IMG/VR virus record: IMGVR_UViG_3300003431_000008
Location: 1-26,348 of that record
DNA: 26,348 bases
Source of the DNA: a virus
Lineage: Duplodnaviria; Caudoviricetes
Strand: one strand, 5' to 3'
Part shown: piece by piece, positions 7,743 through 15,707 of the stretch
Position numbering within the stretch: position 1 is the stretch's first letter
How the letters are laid out: each line of letters starts with the position of its first letter
Made by a program: the position numbers and the translations under genes
Notes under the pieces: model-generated
What the model was told of the DNA's origin: nothing
What the model saw: the letters and a program-made list of their open reading frames with translations, nothing else
The model's database searches: none

Positions 7743-8549
7743 ATGAAAACAATTAACAGCATAAGCGGAGGCAAAACCTCCTCGTATTTAGCAAAACATT
7801 ATCCGGCTGACTATAATATTTTTGCCTTAGTTCGAATTGAGGATTTGAGATGCGCTCCAAAGGATAAAAAATTAATTCAGTTAGTATCGGATAAAATCGG
7901 AATGGATTTTATCGCAACGGCTGAGAACGATAAAACTTTAAAAGTTGTTTTAGATTTGGAGCAAGTTATAGGATCGGAAATCACTTGGCTAACTGGAGAG
8001 ACATTTGAGCAAATTACTTCAAAGGGATTTTTGCCAAATCAAAGGACTCGTTTTTGTACTACCGAAATGAAAATCAAACCGATTGCAAATTTTTGCCGTA
8101 ATGAAATTAAGGAGATTGTAAAAACTCGATTGGGGATAAGATACGACGAAGAGAATAGAGTAAATTATGATAATACCGATTTTAAATTTCACAATGGATA
8201 TTCTAAAAACGGACGTAACAAATGGATAATTGAAAAATATAGAGAGCTAGAATATCCACTTGTTGACGATAAAATCGACCATTATCAAATATACCTTTGG
8301 AGCTTATCGACTAAATTAGATTTTCCAAACGATAGTAATTGCGTTGGATGCTTTCACAAACCAAAACAACAGCTCCGTAAAAACTGGGACGATGAGCCTT
8401 TGAAAATGCAATGGTTTGCAGAGCAAGAGGCAAACCGACGACGTTGGAAACAGGGAACGTCTTATTTTAATATTAAAAAAATTGGTTTGCAAACGGATTT
8501 TATATTCGGAGCAGGATCGACTTGTAATAGCGGAGGCTGTACTGACTAA
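7743..8549 (+). CDS. phosphoadenosine phosphosulfate (PAPS) reductase-like PP-loop protein
   Basis: N-terminal SISGGKTS, RFCTTEMKIKP, GIRYDE..R, YPL, SNCVGCF, C-terminal CNSGGCTD. Confidence 0.8.
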   Translation: MKTINSISGGKTSSYLAKHYPADYNIFALVRIEDLRCAPKDKKLIQLVSDKIGMDFIATAENDKTLKVVLDLEQVIGSEITWLTGETFEQITSKGFLPNQRTRFCTTEMKIKPIANFCRNEIKEIVKTRLGIRYDEENRVNYDNTDFKFHNGYSKNGRNKWIIEKYRELEYPLVDDKIDHYQIYLWSLSTKLDFPNDSNCVGCFHKPKQQLRKNWDDEPLKMQWFAEQEANRRRWKQGTSYFNIKKIGLQTDFIFGAGSTCNSGGCTD

Positions 8550-8551
8550 TT

Positions 8552-9778
8552 ATGAAACTCAGAGACTATCAAATTAAAATCTCAGCTCAAGCGGCTGAGG
8601 TTTTAGATCACAAAAAAATCGTTTATTTGGCGATGGAGGTGAGAACAGGAAAAACTTTGACGGCTTTGAATACAGCAAAAATATTCGGAGCAAAAAATGT
8701 CCTATTCCTAACTAAGAAAAAAGCAATCTCGTCAATTCAGTGGGACTTCGATAACTTTGGATTTGACTTTGATTTGACAATTATAAACGACGAGAGTTTG
8801 CATTTAATCGACGGAAATTTTGATTTGATTATCCACGACGAACACCACCGCTTTGGAGCATATCCAAAGCCGAATAAAGTCGCTCAGCTATTTAAAAAGC
8901 GTTATTCAAAATTGCCTATGATATTTTTATCCGGAACGCCAACTCCGGAGAGTCACTCGCAATGGTTTAATCAATTTTGGGTTTCCGATCATTCGCCATT
9001 TAAACAATATACCAACTTTTATAAGTGGGCGATTGATTATGTGGACGTAAAAGAGAAACGCTTAGGCTACGCCGTTATAAAAGATTATAGCCAGGCAAAT
9101 GAGCAGCTTATTCGTAGAATTACACAGCACTATATTATAACTTTTACACAGGCGCAAGCCGGTTTCACTACCTCAGTCAACGAAATGATTTTAGAATGTG
9201 AGATGCAACCGATCACAAATTTGATAATTAACAAACTTAAAAAGAATTTAGTTGTTAAGAATACCGACGGCCAGGTAATTCTCGGAGATACCGGAGTTAA
9301 ATTGATGCAGAAAATTCACCAACTAAGCTCAGGGACTTGCAAATTTGAGGACGGAACGAGCAAAGTAATTGATTACTCAAAGGCTGAATTTACTCTCGAA
9401 AAATTTAAGGGAGTAAAAATTGCTATTTTTTACGTCTTCAAAGAGGAATATAACGCATTAAAATCAGTTTACGGAGATAATTTAACAAACGACGTTGAGG
9501 AGTTTGATAATTCCGATAAAAATATCGCTTTGCAAATCGTCTCCGGACGTGAGGGTATCTCTTTAAAAAATGCAAAATACTTAGTCTATTATAATATTGC
9601 TTTTAGTGCAACGAGTTACTGGCAATCTCGCGACAGATTAACGACAATGCAACGACAATCAAATGAGGTCTTTTGGATATTTAGCAAAGGAGGAATTGAA
9701 CTTGACATTTATAAAACGGTATTAAAAAAGAAAGATTATACTTTAAAAATTTTTAATCAAAATAATTTGCGTATTTAA
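8552..9778 (+). CDS. superfamily 2 (DEAD/SNF2-like) helicase
   Basis: LRDYQ Q-motif, VRTGKT, DEHH, LSGTP, SGREGISL, QSRDR. Confidence 0.9.
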   Translation: MKLRDYQIKISAQAAEVLDHKKIVYLAMEVRTGKTLTALNTAKIFGAKNVLFLTKKKAISSIQWDFDNFGFDFDLTIINDESLHLIDGNFDLIIHDEHHRFGAYPKPNKVAQLFKKRYSKLPMIFLSGTPTPESHSQWFNQFWVSDHSPFKQYTNFYKWAIDYVDVKEKRLGYAVIKDYSQANEQLIRRITQHYIITFTQAQAGFTTSVNEMILECEMQPITNLIINKLKKNLVVKNTDGQVILGDTGVKLMQKIHQLSSGTCKFEDGTSKVIDYSKAEFTLEKFKGVKIAIFYVFKEEYNALKSVYGDNLTNDVEEFDNSDKNIALQIVSGREGISLKNAKYLVYYNIAFSATSYWQSRDRLTTMQRQSNEVFWIFSKGGIELDIYKTVLKKKDYTLKIFNQNNLRI

Positions 9779-9798
9779 AAATTAATTTTATATATTTG
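9766..9798 (+). promoter_or_regulatory. Bacteroidota-type promoter
   Basis: TTTG 9766-69, 21-nt spacer, TATATTTG 9791-98. Confidence 0.75.
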
Positions 9799-9802
9799 TA
9801 CA

Positions 9803-9878
9803 ACCGCCAAAGTAAAGTATTTAATAATTCCCTTTTCTTTTGCGCTTGGCGGTAGCAATCGAGGAGGGTTTATTTTTT
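9803..9878 (+). promoter_or_regulatory. structured leader: hairpin whose loop pairs with the transcript 5' end
   Basis: CCCTTTTC(9830-37)/GAGGAGGG(9861-68) and TTGC/GCAA stems, U-rich tail; loop TTGGCGGT(9846-53) is the reverse complement of ACCGCCAA(9803-10). Confidence 0.65.
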
Positions 9879-9883
9879 ATATT

Positions 9884-10288
9884 ATGAAAATTAGTGAACT
9901 ACCGGAAGACGTTAGAAAAAAAGCGTTAGAATATCAAAAATCAAATATATATTATAATTATCTAAATAATGAGGATGATTTAATAAAATCATTTTGTTGG
10001 ATCGATACAAAAGAAGGTTATGATTATTGGAGGGAATGGTCTTTAAAAGAAAATAATAATCCTCTCGAATACTTTGAGACAATTACAAATCCATACGTCA
10101 AAAAACCAAAGCAATATCAAATCGGTATCGATACTTTTGAGCGAGCTGAGGCAAATTTAACTAAGGAGGAAATATTGGCTATTTGCAAATTTAATATTGA
10201 CAAATACAACTGGAGAAAAAAAGATCAAGACAAAGAGGATTTTAAAAAGATTATTGACTATGCAAATTGGGCGCTTAAAAATATATGA
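9884..10288 (+). CDS. hypothetical protein with DUF3310-like C-terminal domain
   Basis: C-terminal AICKFNIDKYNWRKKDQDKEDFKKIIDY resembles the DUF3310 N..KY..R...K...ED..K...Y pattern; N-terminal F.W..T.EG..YW module. Confidence 0.6.
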   Translation: MKISELPEDVRKKALEYQKSNIYYNYLNNEDDLIKSFCWIDTKEGYDYWREWSLKENNNPLEYFETITNPYVKKPKQYQIGIDTFERAEANLTKEEILAICKFNIDKYNWRKKDQDKEDFKKIIDYANWALKNI

Positions 10289-10526
10289 TATTGATTATAA
10301 AATTAATTTGATTTTTACTCCAATTAATTTTATCTTAAAAAGATTTAATTATATTATCTCTTTTAGTTTTCAATATCGGTTTGATAAAAAAAATTTAACT
10401 TCTAATATTTATAGTGGTAAATTATCAATTAAAAAATTAGAAAATAGCAAAGAAATTTATCGAAAAATTTTAAAGGAATATATAATTTATCAAAAAATTT
10501 ATGGACTATCTAATTGTAAAAAATAG
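10260..10526 (+). CDS. hypothetical protein, very AT-rich (start revised from 10197)
   Basis: ATG 10260 (MQIGRLKIY...) gives a short overlap with the previous gene; no motif. Confidence 0.4.
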   Translation: MQIGRLKIYDIDYKINLIFTPINFILKRFNYIISFSFQYRFDKKNLTSNIYSGKLSIKKLENSKEIYRKILKEYIIYQKIYGLSNCKK

Positions 10527-10740
10527 TAAAATCGGTATTCACTTATTGCCTCAGGTTGGAACTTCCGGCCGTGAGTTTCGAATGATTGGAACGGCTAAGA
10601 ATTTAGAAATGCCGGAGAAGTGGAGCAATCAAAAAAAAGCCTTTTGCTCTCACTGGATTTATACATTTAAGTATTTAGATAACTCCGAGATTTTTGAAAT
10701 GGAGTTTGACTATAACGATAATTTTGTAAAAAAGATATGA
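10501..10740 (+). CDS. hypothetical protein
   Basis: 79-aa ORF, ATGA coupling to next gene. Confidence 0.65.
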   Translation: MDYLIVKNSKIGIHLLPQVGTSGREFRMIGTAKNLEMPEKWSNQKKAFCSHWIYTFKYLDNSEIFEMEFDYNDNFVKKI

Positions 10741-10970
10741 CAGCAAAAGACAAAGCGTTTGAATTATACAAAATGTATAATAATTTAATAGTTGAGCAAG
10801 TTATTGAAATGAAACCTACTTATTTACTTATGACTCACGAAATGGCTAAAAAAAGCGCATTAATAGCAGTTAATGAGATATTAAAAGAAAAAAATGGATG
10901 TAGTAAATACGAATGCTACGGTCAGGATATAAATTGGGAAAATGTTAAACAAGAAATTGAAAATTTATGA
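10737..10970 (+). CDS. hypothetical phage protein
   Basis: MTAKDKAFEL...AKKSALIAVNEIL...W..VKQEIENL, a pattern I recall from small Bacteroidota-phage proteins. Confidence 0.75.
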   Translation: MTAKDKAFELYKMYNNLIVEQVIEMKPTYLLMTHEMAKKSALIAVNEILKEKNGCSKYECYGQDINWENVKQEIENL

Positions 10971-11059
10971 AATTAATCGCAGCAATTTTATGTTATGAGT
11001 TTATAAGGCCGAAAATAGTTTGGTTGTGGTATTTTTTAATTAAAATAGGCTCAAAATGA
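10967..11059 (+). CDS. small hydrophobic peptide (30 aa), not in ORF track
   Basis: MKLIAAILCYEFIRPKIVWLWYFLIKIGSK; ATGA couplings at both ends. Confidence 0.5.
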   Translation: MKLIAAILCYEFIRPKIVWLWYFLIKIGSK

Positions 11060-11229
11060 AAGGTAAAAGACACGTCCCAAAAGACGACGATTTAATCGAG
11101 ATCATTCAATTTGTAACTTGGTTGCGATTGGAGTGCGATTTTAATTCAATATACCTTTGGGATTACAAAGGAAAAAATTTAACCTTAGAGGAATTATTAA
11201 TCATATACAGAAAAAAAAATGAACAATAA
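11056..11229 (+). CDS. hypothetical protein (57 aa), not in ORF track
   Basis: MKGKRHVPKDDDLIEIIQFVTWLRLECDFNSIYLWDYKGKNLTLEELLIIYRKKNEQ; ATGA coupling. Confidence 0.55.
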   Translation: MKGKRHVPKDDDLIEIIQFVTWLRLECDFNSIYLWDYKGKNLTLEELLIIYRKKNEQ

Positions 11230-11311
11230 AGAAGAGTTAATCGTTGAAATTATGGCCTGGATTTCAGTAATCACGTTGGCCGTTGCTTTTATATTTATTT
11301 TAACACATTAA
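11219..11311 (+). CDS. single-TM peptide (30 aa), not in ORF track
   Basis: MNNKEELIVEIMAWISVITLAVAFIFILTH; TAATG coupling to VRR-NUC gene. Confidence 0.5.
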   Translation: MNNKEELIVEIMAWISVITLAVAFIFILTH

Positions 11312-11571
11312 TGACAGAGCAGCAAATACAAACTAAGATAAAAAAGAAACTCCAGGCGCAAGGGTATTTTGTTACCAAGTTAATAAAGACCTCAACAAAT
11401 GGCATTCCGGACTTATTAGCTATAAAAGACGGCCAAGCGACGTTTATTGAAGTAAAAAAAGAAAATGGTATATTATCACCTTTACAGGAATTGAGGCTCT
11501 CAGAGCTTAAAAAATACGGCTGTCAAGTTTATGTTTGGAGTGATTGGAATGTTGAATTTAAAACTAAATAA
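11311..11571 (+). CDS. VRR-NUC domain nuclease (PD-(D/E)xK; putative Holliday junction resolvase)
   Basis: TEQQIQ, GIPDLL, FIEVK, LSPLQ motifs. Confidence 0.88.
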   Translation: MTEQQIQTKIKKKLQAQGYFVTKLIKTSTNGIPDLLAIKDGQATFIEVKKENGILSPLQELRLSELKKYGCQVYVWSDWNVEFKTK

Positions 11572-11574
11572 TTT

Positions 11575-12186
11575 ATGCTTACAATTACGAACGAGGATAA
11601 CATGGAGTTAATGGCTCGTTATCCAGATAATTATTTTGATTTGGCTATTGTCGATCCTCCTTATGGAATAAATGCAGGGAAAATGACAATGGGAAGTGGA
11701 AAACATAAATTTAAACAAGGTAAGGATTGGGATAATTCTATACCTGATGATAGTTATTTTAAAGAACTTTTTAGAGTTTCTAAAAATCAAATCATTTGGG
11801 GAGGAAATTATTTTAATTTACCATTAAATAATAACTGGATAATTTGGGATAAATTAAACCCAAATTTGAGTTTTTCTGAAGGAGAAATGGCTTGGTGCTC
11901 AATAAAAAATAATGTTAGAATTTTTAAAAGATATTCAGCAATGGAAGACTACGACGGAAAAAAACAACATCCAACACAAAAACCGATTAAATTATATGAA
12001 TATTGCCTTACTAAATACGCAAAGCCTGGAGATAAAATACTCGACACTCATCTCGGTAGTGGCTCAATAGCTATCGCTTGTCACGATTACGGCTTTGACT
12101 TAACCGCTTGCGAACTTGATAAGGAATATTTTGATAAGGCAATGGAACGTATTAAAAACCACACAAACCAAACAAAATTATTCTAA
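11575..12186 (+). CDS. orphan DNA amino-methyltransferase (N6-adenine/N4-cytosine, beta-class order)
   Basis: DPPY catalytic motif, IIWGGNYF, HPTQKP, SAM-binding DTHLGSGS. Confidence 0.92.
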   Translation: MLTITNEDNMELMARYPDNYFDLAIVDPPYGINAGKMTMGSGKHKFKQGKDWDNSIPDDSYFKELFRVSKNQIIWGGNYFNLPLNNNWIIWDKLNPNLSFSEGEMAWCSIKNNVRIFKRYSAMEDYDGKKQHPTQKPIKLYEYCLTKYAKPGDKILDTHLGSGSIAIACHDYGFDLTACELDKEYFDKAMERIKNHTNQTKLF

Positions 12187-12193
12187 ATTTGTT

Positions 12194-12217
12194 ACAAAAT
12201 AACTTTTTTGAGTTATA
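12194..12217 (+). promoter_or_regulatory. candidate phage late promoter copy 1 (ACAAAA-N11-AGTTATA)
   Basis: ACAAAA TAACTTTTTTG AGTTATA; same motif and spacing at 14933, 22306, 24982. Confidence 0.65.
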
Positions 12218-12239
12218 TATAATATATTTACTATATTTG
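12207..12239 (+). promoter_or_regulatory. Bacteroidota-type promoter overlapping the late motif
   Basis: TTTG 12207-10, 21-nt spacer, TATATTTG 12232-39; ATG at 12244. Confidence 0.65.
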
Positions 12240-12243
12240 TAAA

Positions 12244-12477
12244 ATGATAAAACCTTATACAATATCGACTCAAATGTGGTTGGAACAGGAAGACGACAAT
12301 CTCGGACTCAATGGATCGTTTGTGGATTTTAGAGTTAACGTCGATAGTATTGACGGTTATTGGGTTGAAACTCCGGAGGAAATTGTATTGATTGTAAGAG
12401 GTACGGCCTATTATATTGAAAATGAAACTCACGTTTTACATTTTTTAAGTGAGTTTTTTAATCCTATGCGATTGTGA
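12244..12477 (+). CDS. hypothetical protein
   Basis: 77-aa acidic ORF, GTGA coupling to sigma-like gene. Confidence 0.7.
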   Translation: MIKPYTISTQMWLEQEDDNLGLNGSFVDFRVNVDSIDGYWVETPEEIVLIVRGTAYYIENETHVLHFLSEFFNPMRL

Positions 12478-12902
12478 TAATCCACGAACTCGCTAAAAAG
12501 GACGCTCAATGGCGAAAAATGGCTTTACAAATTTGTAAATGCAAGGACTTAGCGGACGAGTTAGTTCAAAATATGTATATTAAATTATCGGAGAGGACTA
12601 TTCCTGTCTCCGACGGATATATTTTCGTAACTTTGAGATCATTATTTTATGACTCTCTTAAAAATAACGATATTTTAATCGACGATTTTAGTAAATTTGA
12701 AATCGAAGAGGAGATTTACACTGAGGGGATTGATTACAAGGAACTTTCAAAAGACCTAACCTGGTACGAAAGGACTCTTTTTGAACTTTCAACGCTACAC
12801 GGTCAACGTGAACTCTCAAGACAAACCGGAATACATATTCAAACGATCCATCGAGTTAATAAGATGGTTAAATTAAAACTAAATGGCAAAAAAAAGGATT
12901 AA
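12474..12902 (+). CDS. phage RNA polymerase sigma factor-like protein (ECF-type, regions 2 and 4)
   Basis: WRKMALQI...LADELVQNMYIKL...YIFVTLRSLFYD (region 2-like); LTWYERTLFEL...RELSRQTGIHIQTIHR (HTH, region 4-like). Confidence 0.75.
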   Translation: MIIHELAKKDAQWRKMALQICKCKDLADELVQNMYIKLSERTIPVSDGYIFVTLRSLFYDSLKNNDILIDDFSKFEIEEEIYTEGIDYKELSKDLTWYERTLFELSTLHGQRELSRQTGIHIQTIHRVNKMVKLKLNGKKKD

Positions 12903-13260
12903 AAAAGAAATACAAGGATTGGGCGACGTGGTTGCCAATTTAACCTCAGCGGTTGGAATTGAGCCTTGTGATAATTGTAAGGACAGACAGTTCTCTTTAA
13001 ACCGACTTTTTAACTTTAAAAAGGTTAAGTCGGAAATGACTCCAAATGATAAGGAGCATTTTAAAATATTTTTAGAGGCAAAAGGTCAAAGGATTATCGA
13101 CGGAAGACGAACTGAATTAATTTTTGAGGACGTTGACTATTTAAACGGACTTTATAAATACTATTTTGGGATTGACAATTCAAATTGTCCGAATTGCTCC
13201 AAAGTTCACGAAACGATTATCAAAGACTTATTTAAATTATACAGTTTTGAAAGTAACTAA
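12883..13260 (+). CDS. hypothetical Cys-containing (probable Zn-binding) phage protein
   Basis: GLGDVV...GIEPCDNCKDRQFSLNRLF and C-terminal CPNC. Confidence 0.75.
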   Translation: MAKKRIKKEIQGLGDVVANLTSAVGIEPCDNCKDRQFSLNRLFNFKKVKSEMTPNDKEHFKIFLEAKGQRIIDGRRTELIFEDVDYLNGLYKYYFGIDNSNCPNCSKVHETIIKDLFKLYSFESN

Positions 13261-13474
13261 AAAACAACAACAAGAGGAATTTTATAAATTTCTCGACGCT
13301 ATAATTGAAAACGCACCAGCAGACCTCACAGCGAACGAAATTTGGATGCCGGATAACTTATTCAAGTTATTAAAAACGAAGTCTTACAAGGGGTTTAAAA
13401 TGTTTACTTCGATGTTTTTAACGAATAACGAGGTAATTTTGGGGAGATATAACGGCACGGCTCAAATCAATTAA
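13247..13474 (+). CDS. hypothetical protein (start probably TTG 13247 rather than 13166)
   Basis: (M)KVTKKQQQEEFYKFLDAIIENAP...; fills the gap before terS; start uncertain. Confidence 0.5.
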   Translation: MKVTKKQQQEEFYKFLDAIIENAPADLTANEIWMPDNLFKLLKTKSYKGFKMFTSMFLTNNEVILGRYNGTAQIN

Positions 13475-13491
13475 TTGTTTTGTATTGAAAA

Positions 13492-13788
13492 ATGGATAAA
13501 AGGAAATTTAATGGAGGAAATTCAACGAAAGCGGTAAGGCCTGACGATAAAAGATTGATGACTAAGTCCGAAATGCAAGACACTTACGAGAGATTAAAAC
13601 CTTTTTTACCGGAGGCGATATTGCAACTCGAGGCAGCGATGCAAGCCGGAGAGAAGTGGGCTATTGAATTGTGGTTTAAATACTTCTTTGGAATGCCAAA
13701 ACAAACTATCGATCAGCATATAAGTATTGAGAAACCGATTTTTAATTCCTTAGACTTAGATGTTCCAGAAAACAACGGCACAGAGTAA
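13492..13788 (+). CDS. terS: putative terminase small subunit
   Basis: 98 aa immediately upstream of and overlapping terL; DKRKFNGG N-terminus and G.KWAI......FGMPKQTID helical C-terminus. Confidence 0.6.
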   Translation: MDKRKFNGGNSTKAVRPDDKRLMTKSEMQDTYERLKPFLPEAILQLEAAMQAGEKWAIELWFKYFFGMPKQTIDQHISIEKPIFNSLDLDVPENNGTE

Positions 13789-14923
13789 AATTGCCAAACT
13801 AAGAAAACGAGTTCGGATTGTGCAAGGTGGGACGAGTAGTTCCAAAACGTTTTCTATTTTACCGCTTTTAATTACTTACGCAATACAAAATCCATTTTCA
13901 GAGATTAGTATTGTTAGTGAGTCAATCCCTCATTTAAAAAGGGGAGCTTTAAAAGACTTTCAAAAGATAATGCTCCTAACTGACAATTATCGAGATGCTA
14001 ATTTCAATCGCTCATCCTTAAAATATACATTCTCGAATAATTCCTATATTGAATTTTTCAGCGTCGACCAACCCGACAAACTTAGAGGAGCGAGGAGAGA
14101 TATTCTATTCGTAAACGAGTGCAATAATATCGACTTTGAAAGCTACCAACAACTCGCCGTCCGTACTAAAAAATTTATATATTTAGACTACAACCCAACG
14201 AATGAGTTTTGGGTACAAACGGAACTATTAAACGATGAGGACTCCGACTTTGTTATTTTGACGTACAAAGATAACGAGGCGCTCGATCCGGCAATCGTCA
14301 AAGAGATTGAGAAAGCAAAAGACAAAGCGAGTACCTCAACATATTGGGCGAACTGGTGGAATGTTTACGGACTCGGCCAACTCGGATCACTTGAGGGAGT
14401 GATATTTCAAAATTGGGAGACAATCGACACAATACCAACTGAGGCAAAATTCTTAGGATCGGGACTTGACTTTGGTTATAGTAACGACCCGACCGCTCAT
14501 ATTGCTGTTTATGATTACAATGGTAAGATTATCGTTGACGAGTTGATTTATTCAACCTCACTTTTGAACTCCGATATAATTAGATTGATGAGACAAGAGC
14601 GCACCGCTCCAATTTGGGCAGACTCAGCAGAGCCGAAGTCAATCGAGGAGATAAGACGCGCCGGTTACAATATTAAACCCGTTGTCAAGGGAGCAGACTC
14701 AATCAATTACGGTATCTCGGTACTTCAACAAAAGGAAATCTTAGTTACTAAGTCAAGCACCAATTTAATAAAAGAGTTGAGGAGTTATAGTTGGGACGTT
14801 GACAAAACCGGTAAAAAATTAAACCGTCCAATAGACGAATTTAACCACGCAATTGACGCTCTTCGCTACTTCGCAATGATGAGCCTCGCAATAAACAAAT
14901 CGAGACGCGTAATAATCACATAA
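13760..14923 (+). CDS. terL: terminase large subunit (PBSX/SPP1-like)
   Basis: Walker A QGGTSSSKT, KLRG, Walker B LFVNE, DYNP, nuclease GLDFG..DP, ADSAEP, NHAIDALRY. Confidence 0.95.
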   Translation: MFQKTTAQSKIAKLRKRVRIVQGGTSSSKTFSILPLLITYAIQNPFSEISIVSESIPHLKRGALKDFQKIMLLTDNYRDANFNRSSLKYTFSNNSYIEFFSVDQPDKLRGARRDILFVNECNNIDFESYQQLAVRTKKFIYLDYNPTNEFWVQTELLNDEDSDFVILTYKDNEALDPAIVKEIEKAKDKASTSTYWANWWNVYGLGQLGSLEGVIFQNWETIDTIPTEAKFLGSGLDFGYSNDPTAHIAVYDYNGKIIVDELIYSTSLLNSDIIRLMRQERTAPIWADSAEPKSIEEIRRAGYNIKPVVKGADSINYGISVLQQKEILVTKSSTNLIKELRSYSWDVDKTGKKLNRPIDEFNHAIDALRYFAMMSLAINKSRRVIIT

Positions 14924-14932
14924 TTTTTATAA

Positions 14933-14956
14933 ACAAAACGACATTTTTTAGTTATA
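14933..14956 (+). promoter_or_regulatory. candidate phage late promoter copy 2
   Basis: ACAAAA CGACATTTTTT AGTTATA, 5 nt before ATG 14962. Confidence 0.7.
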
Positions 14957-14961
14957 TATAT

Positions 14962-15654
14962 ATGAGAGTAGTAATTCCAACGGATTTAAAGGAGATTAAA
15001 TTGTCTCAATATCTGAGATATTTAAAAGTATTAAAAGACAACCAGGACGATGAGACCTTTGTGTGCATTCAAATGGTTGCGATATTTTGTAACCTCAGCG
15101 TGGCCGATGTTATGAAAATACCTGTTAACGATTTTGCTGAGATAGTTGAAAATTTAGCTAAGGTATTGGATCAAAAACCCGAGAGAGTTAAAACGTTTAA
15201 AATGGACGGCGTTGAGTACGGGTTTATCCCAAACTTAGATAAGATGACAATCGGAGAGCATGCAACGATTGACTCGTTACTCGGTAGCGATGAGAACTTG
15301 GCTTTATTGATGTCGGTTTTATATCGTCCAATTACAAAAAAGATAAGTCCATTTTATCAGATTGAGCCATACGACGGAGACGAGAGCAAAGCGGAATTAT
15401 TTAAGGACGTGACAATGGATGTAGTTACCGGATCAATACTTTTTTTTTGGAATTTAAGCAAGGAATTATTGAACAATATCCTATCGCATTTGGAGAGCAA
15501 ATCGATGAGGGAGGGGAAATCTCTCGAGGAGGTTTTGGAGAGCGCTGGGGTTGGTATCAATCCTTTGTTAGACTTTCACGAGAGCTTAGACTCAAGCCTC
15601 GAGAAGTTGGAGCAGAGCCTCTTCACGAATCACTCACGTTATTATCATACTTAA
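14962..15654 (+). CDS. putative tail assembly chaperone (zero-frame product)
   Basis: 230 aa; YGFIPNLDKMTIGE and LMSVLYRP segments; slippery T9 at 15440-15448 opens an overlapping -1 frame; first gene of tail block. Confidence 0.6.
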   Translation: MRVVIPTDLKEIKLSQYLRYLKVLKDNQDDETFVCIQMVAIFCNLSVADVMKIPVNDFAEIVENLAKVLDQKPERVKTFKMDGVEYGFIPNLDKMTIGEHATIDSLLGSDENLALLMSVLYRPITKKISPFYQIEPYDGDESKAELFKDVTMDVVTGSILFFWNLSKELLNNILSHLESKSMREGKSLEEVLESAGVGINPLLDFHESLDSSLEKLEQSLFTNHSRYYHT

Positions 15655-15707
15655 TCGACGAAAGCAAAGAGGAGGCAAAACAAATTAAAAATCACTTTAA
15701 AAAATGA
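15447..15707 (+). CDS. -1 frameshift extension of the chaperone (fusion 14962..15707, about 248 aa)
   Basis: ORF begins exactly at T-TTT-TTT (15441-47) in the -1 frame; encodes F..RWGWY...L.LLSY; its stop is ATGA-coupled to the next gene. Confidence 0.65.
   Translation: MEFKQGIIEQYPIAFGEQIDEGGEISRGGFGERWGWYQSFVRLSRELRLKPREVGAEPLHESLTLLSYLIDESKEEAKQIKNHFKK

Noticed and set aside
13826-13849. TerL Walker A reads GGTSSSKT rather than ...GKT, a possible inactivation
   Set aside because: Catalytic Lys-Thr, Walker B and nuclease acidic residues are intact; deviant Walker A motifs are normal in terminases
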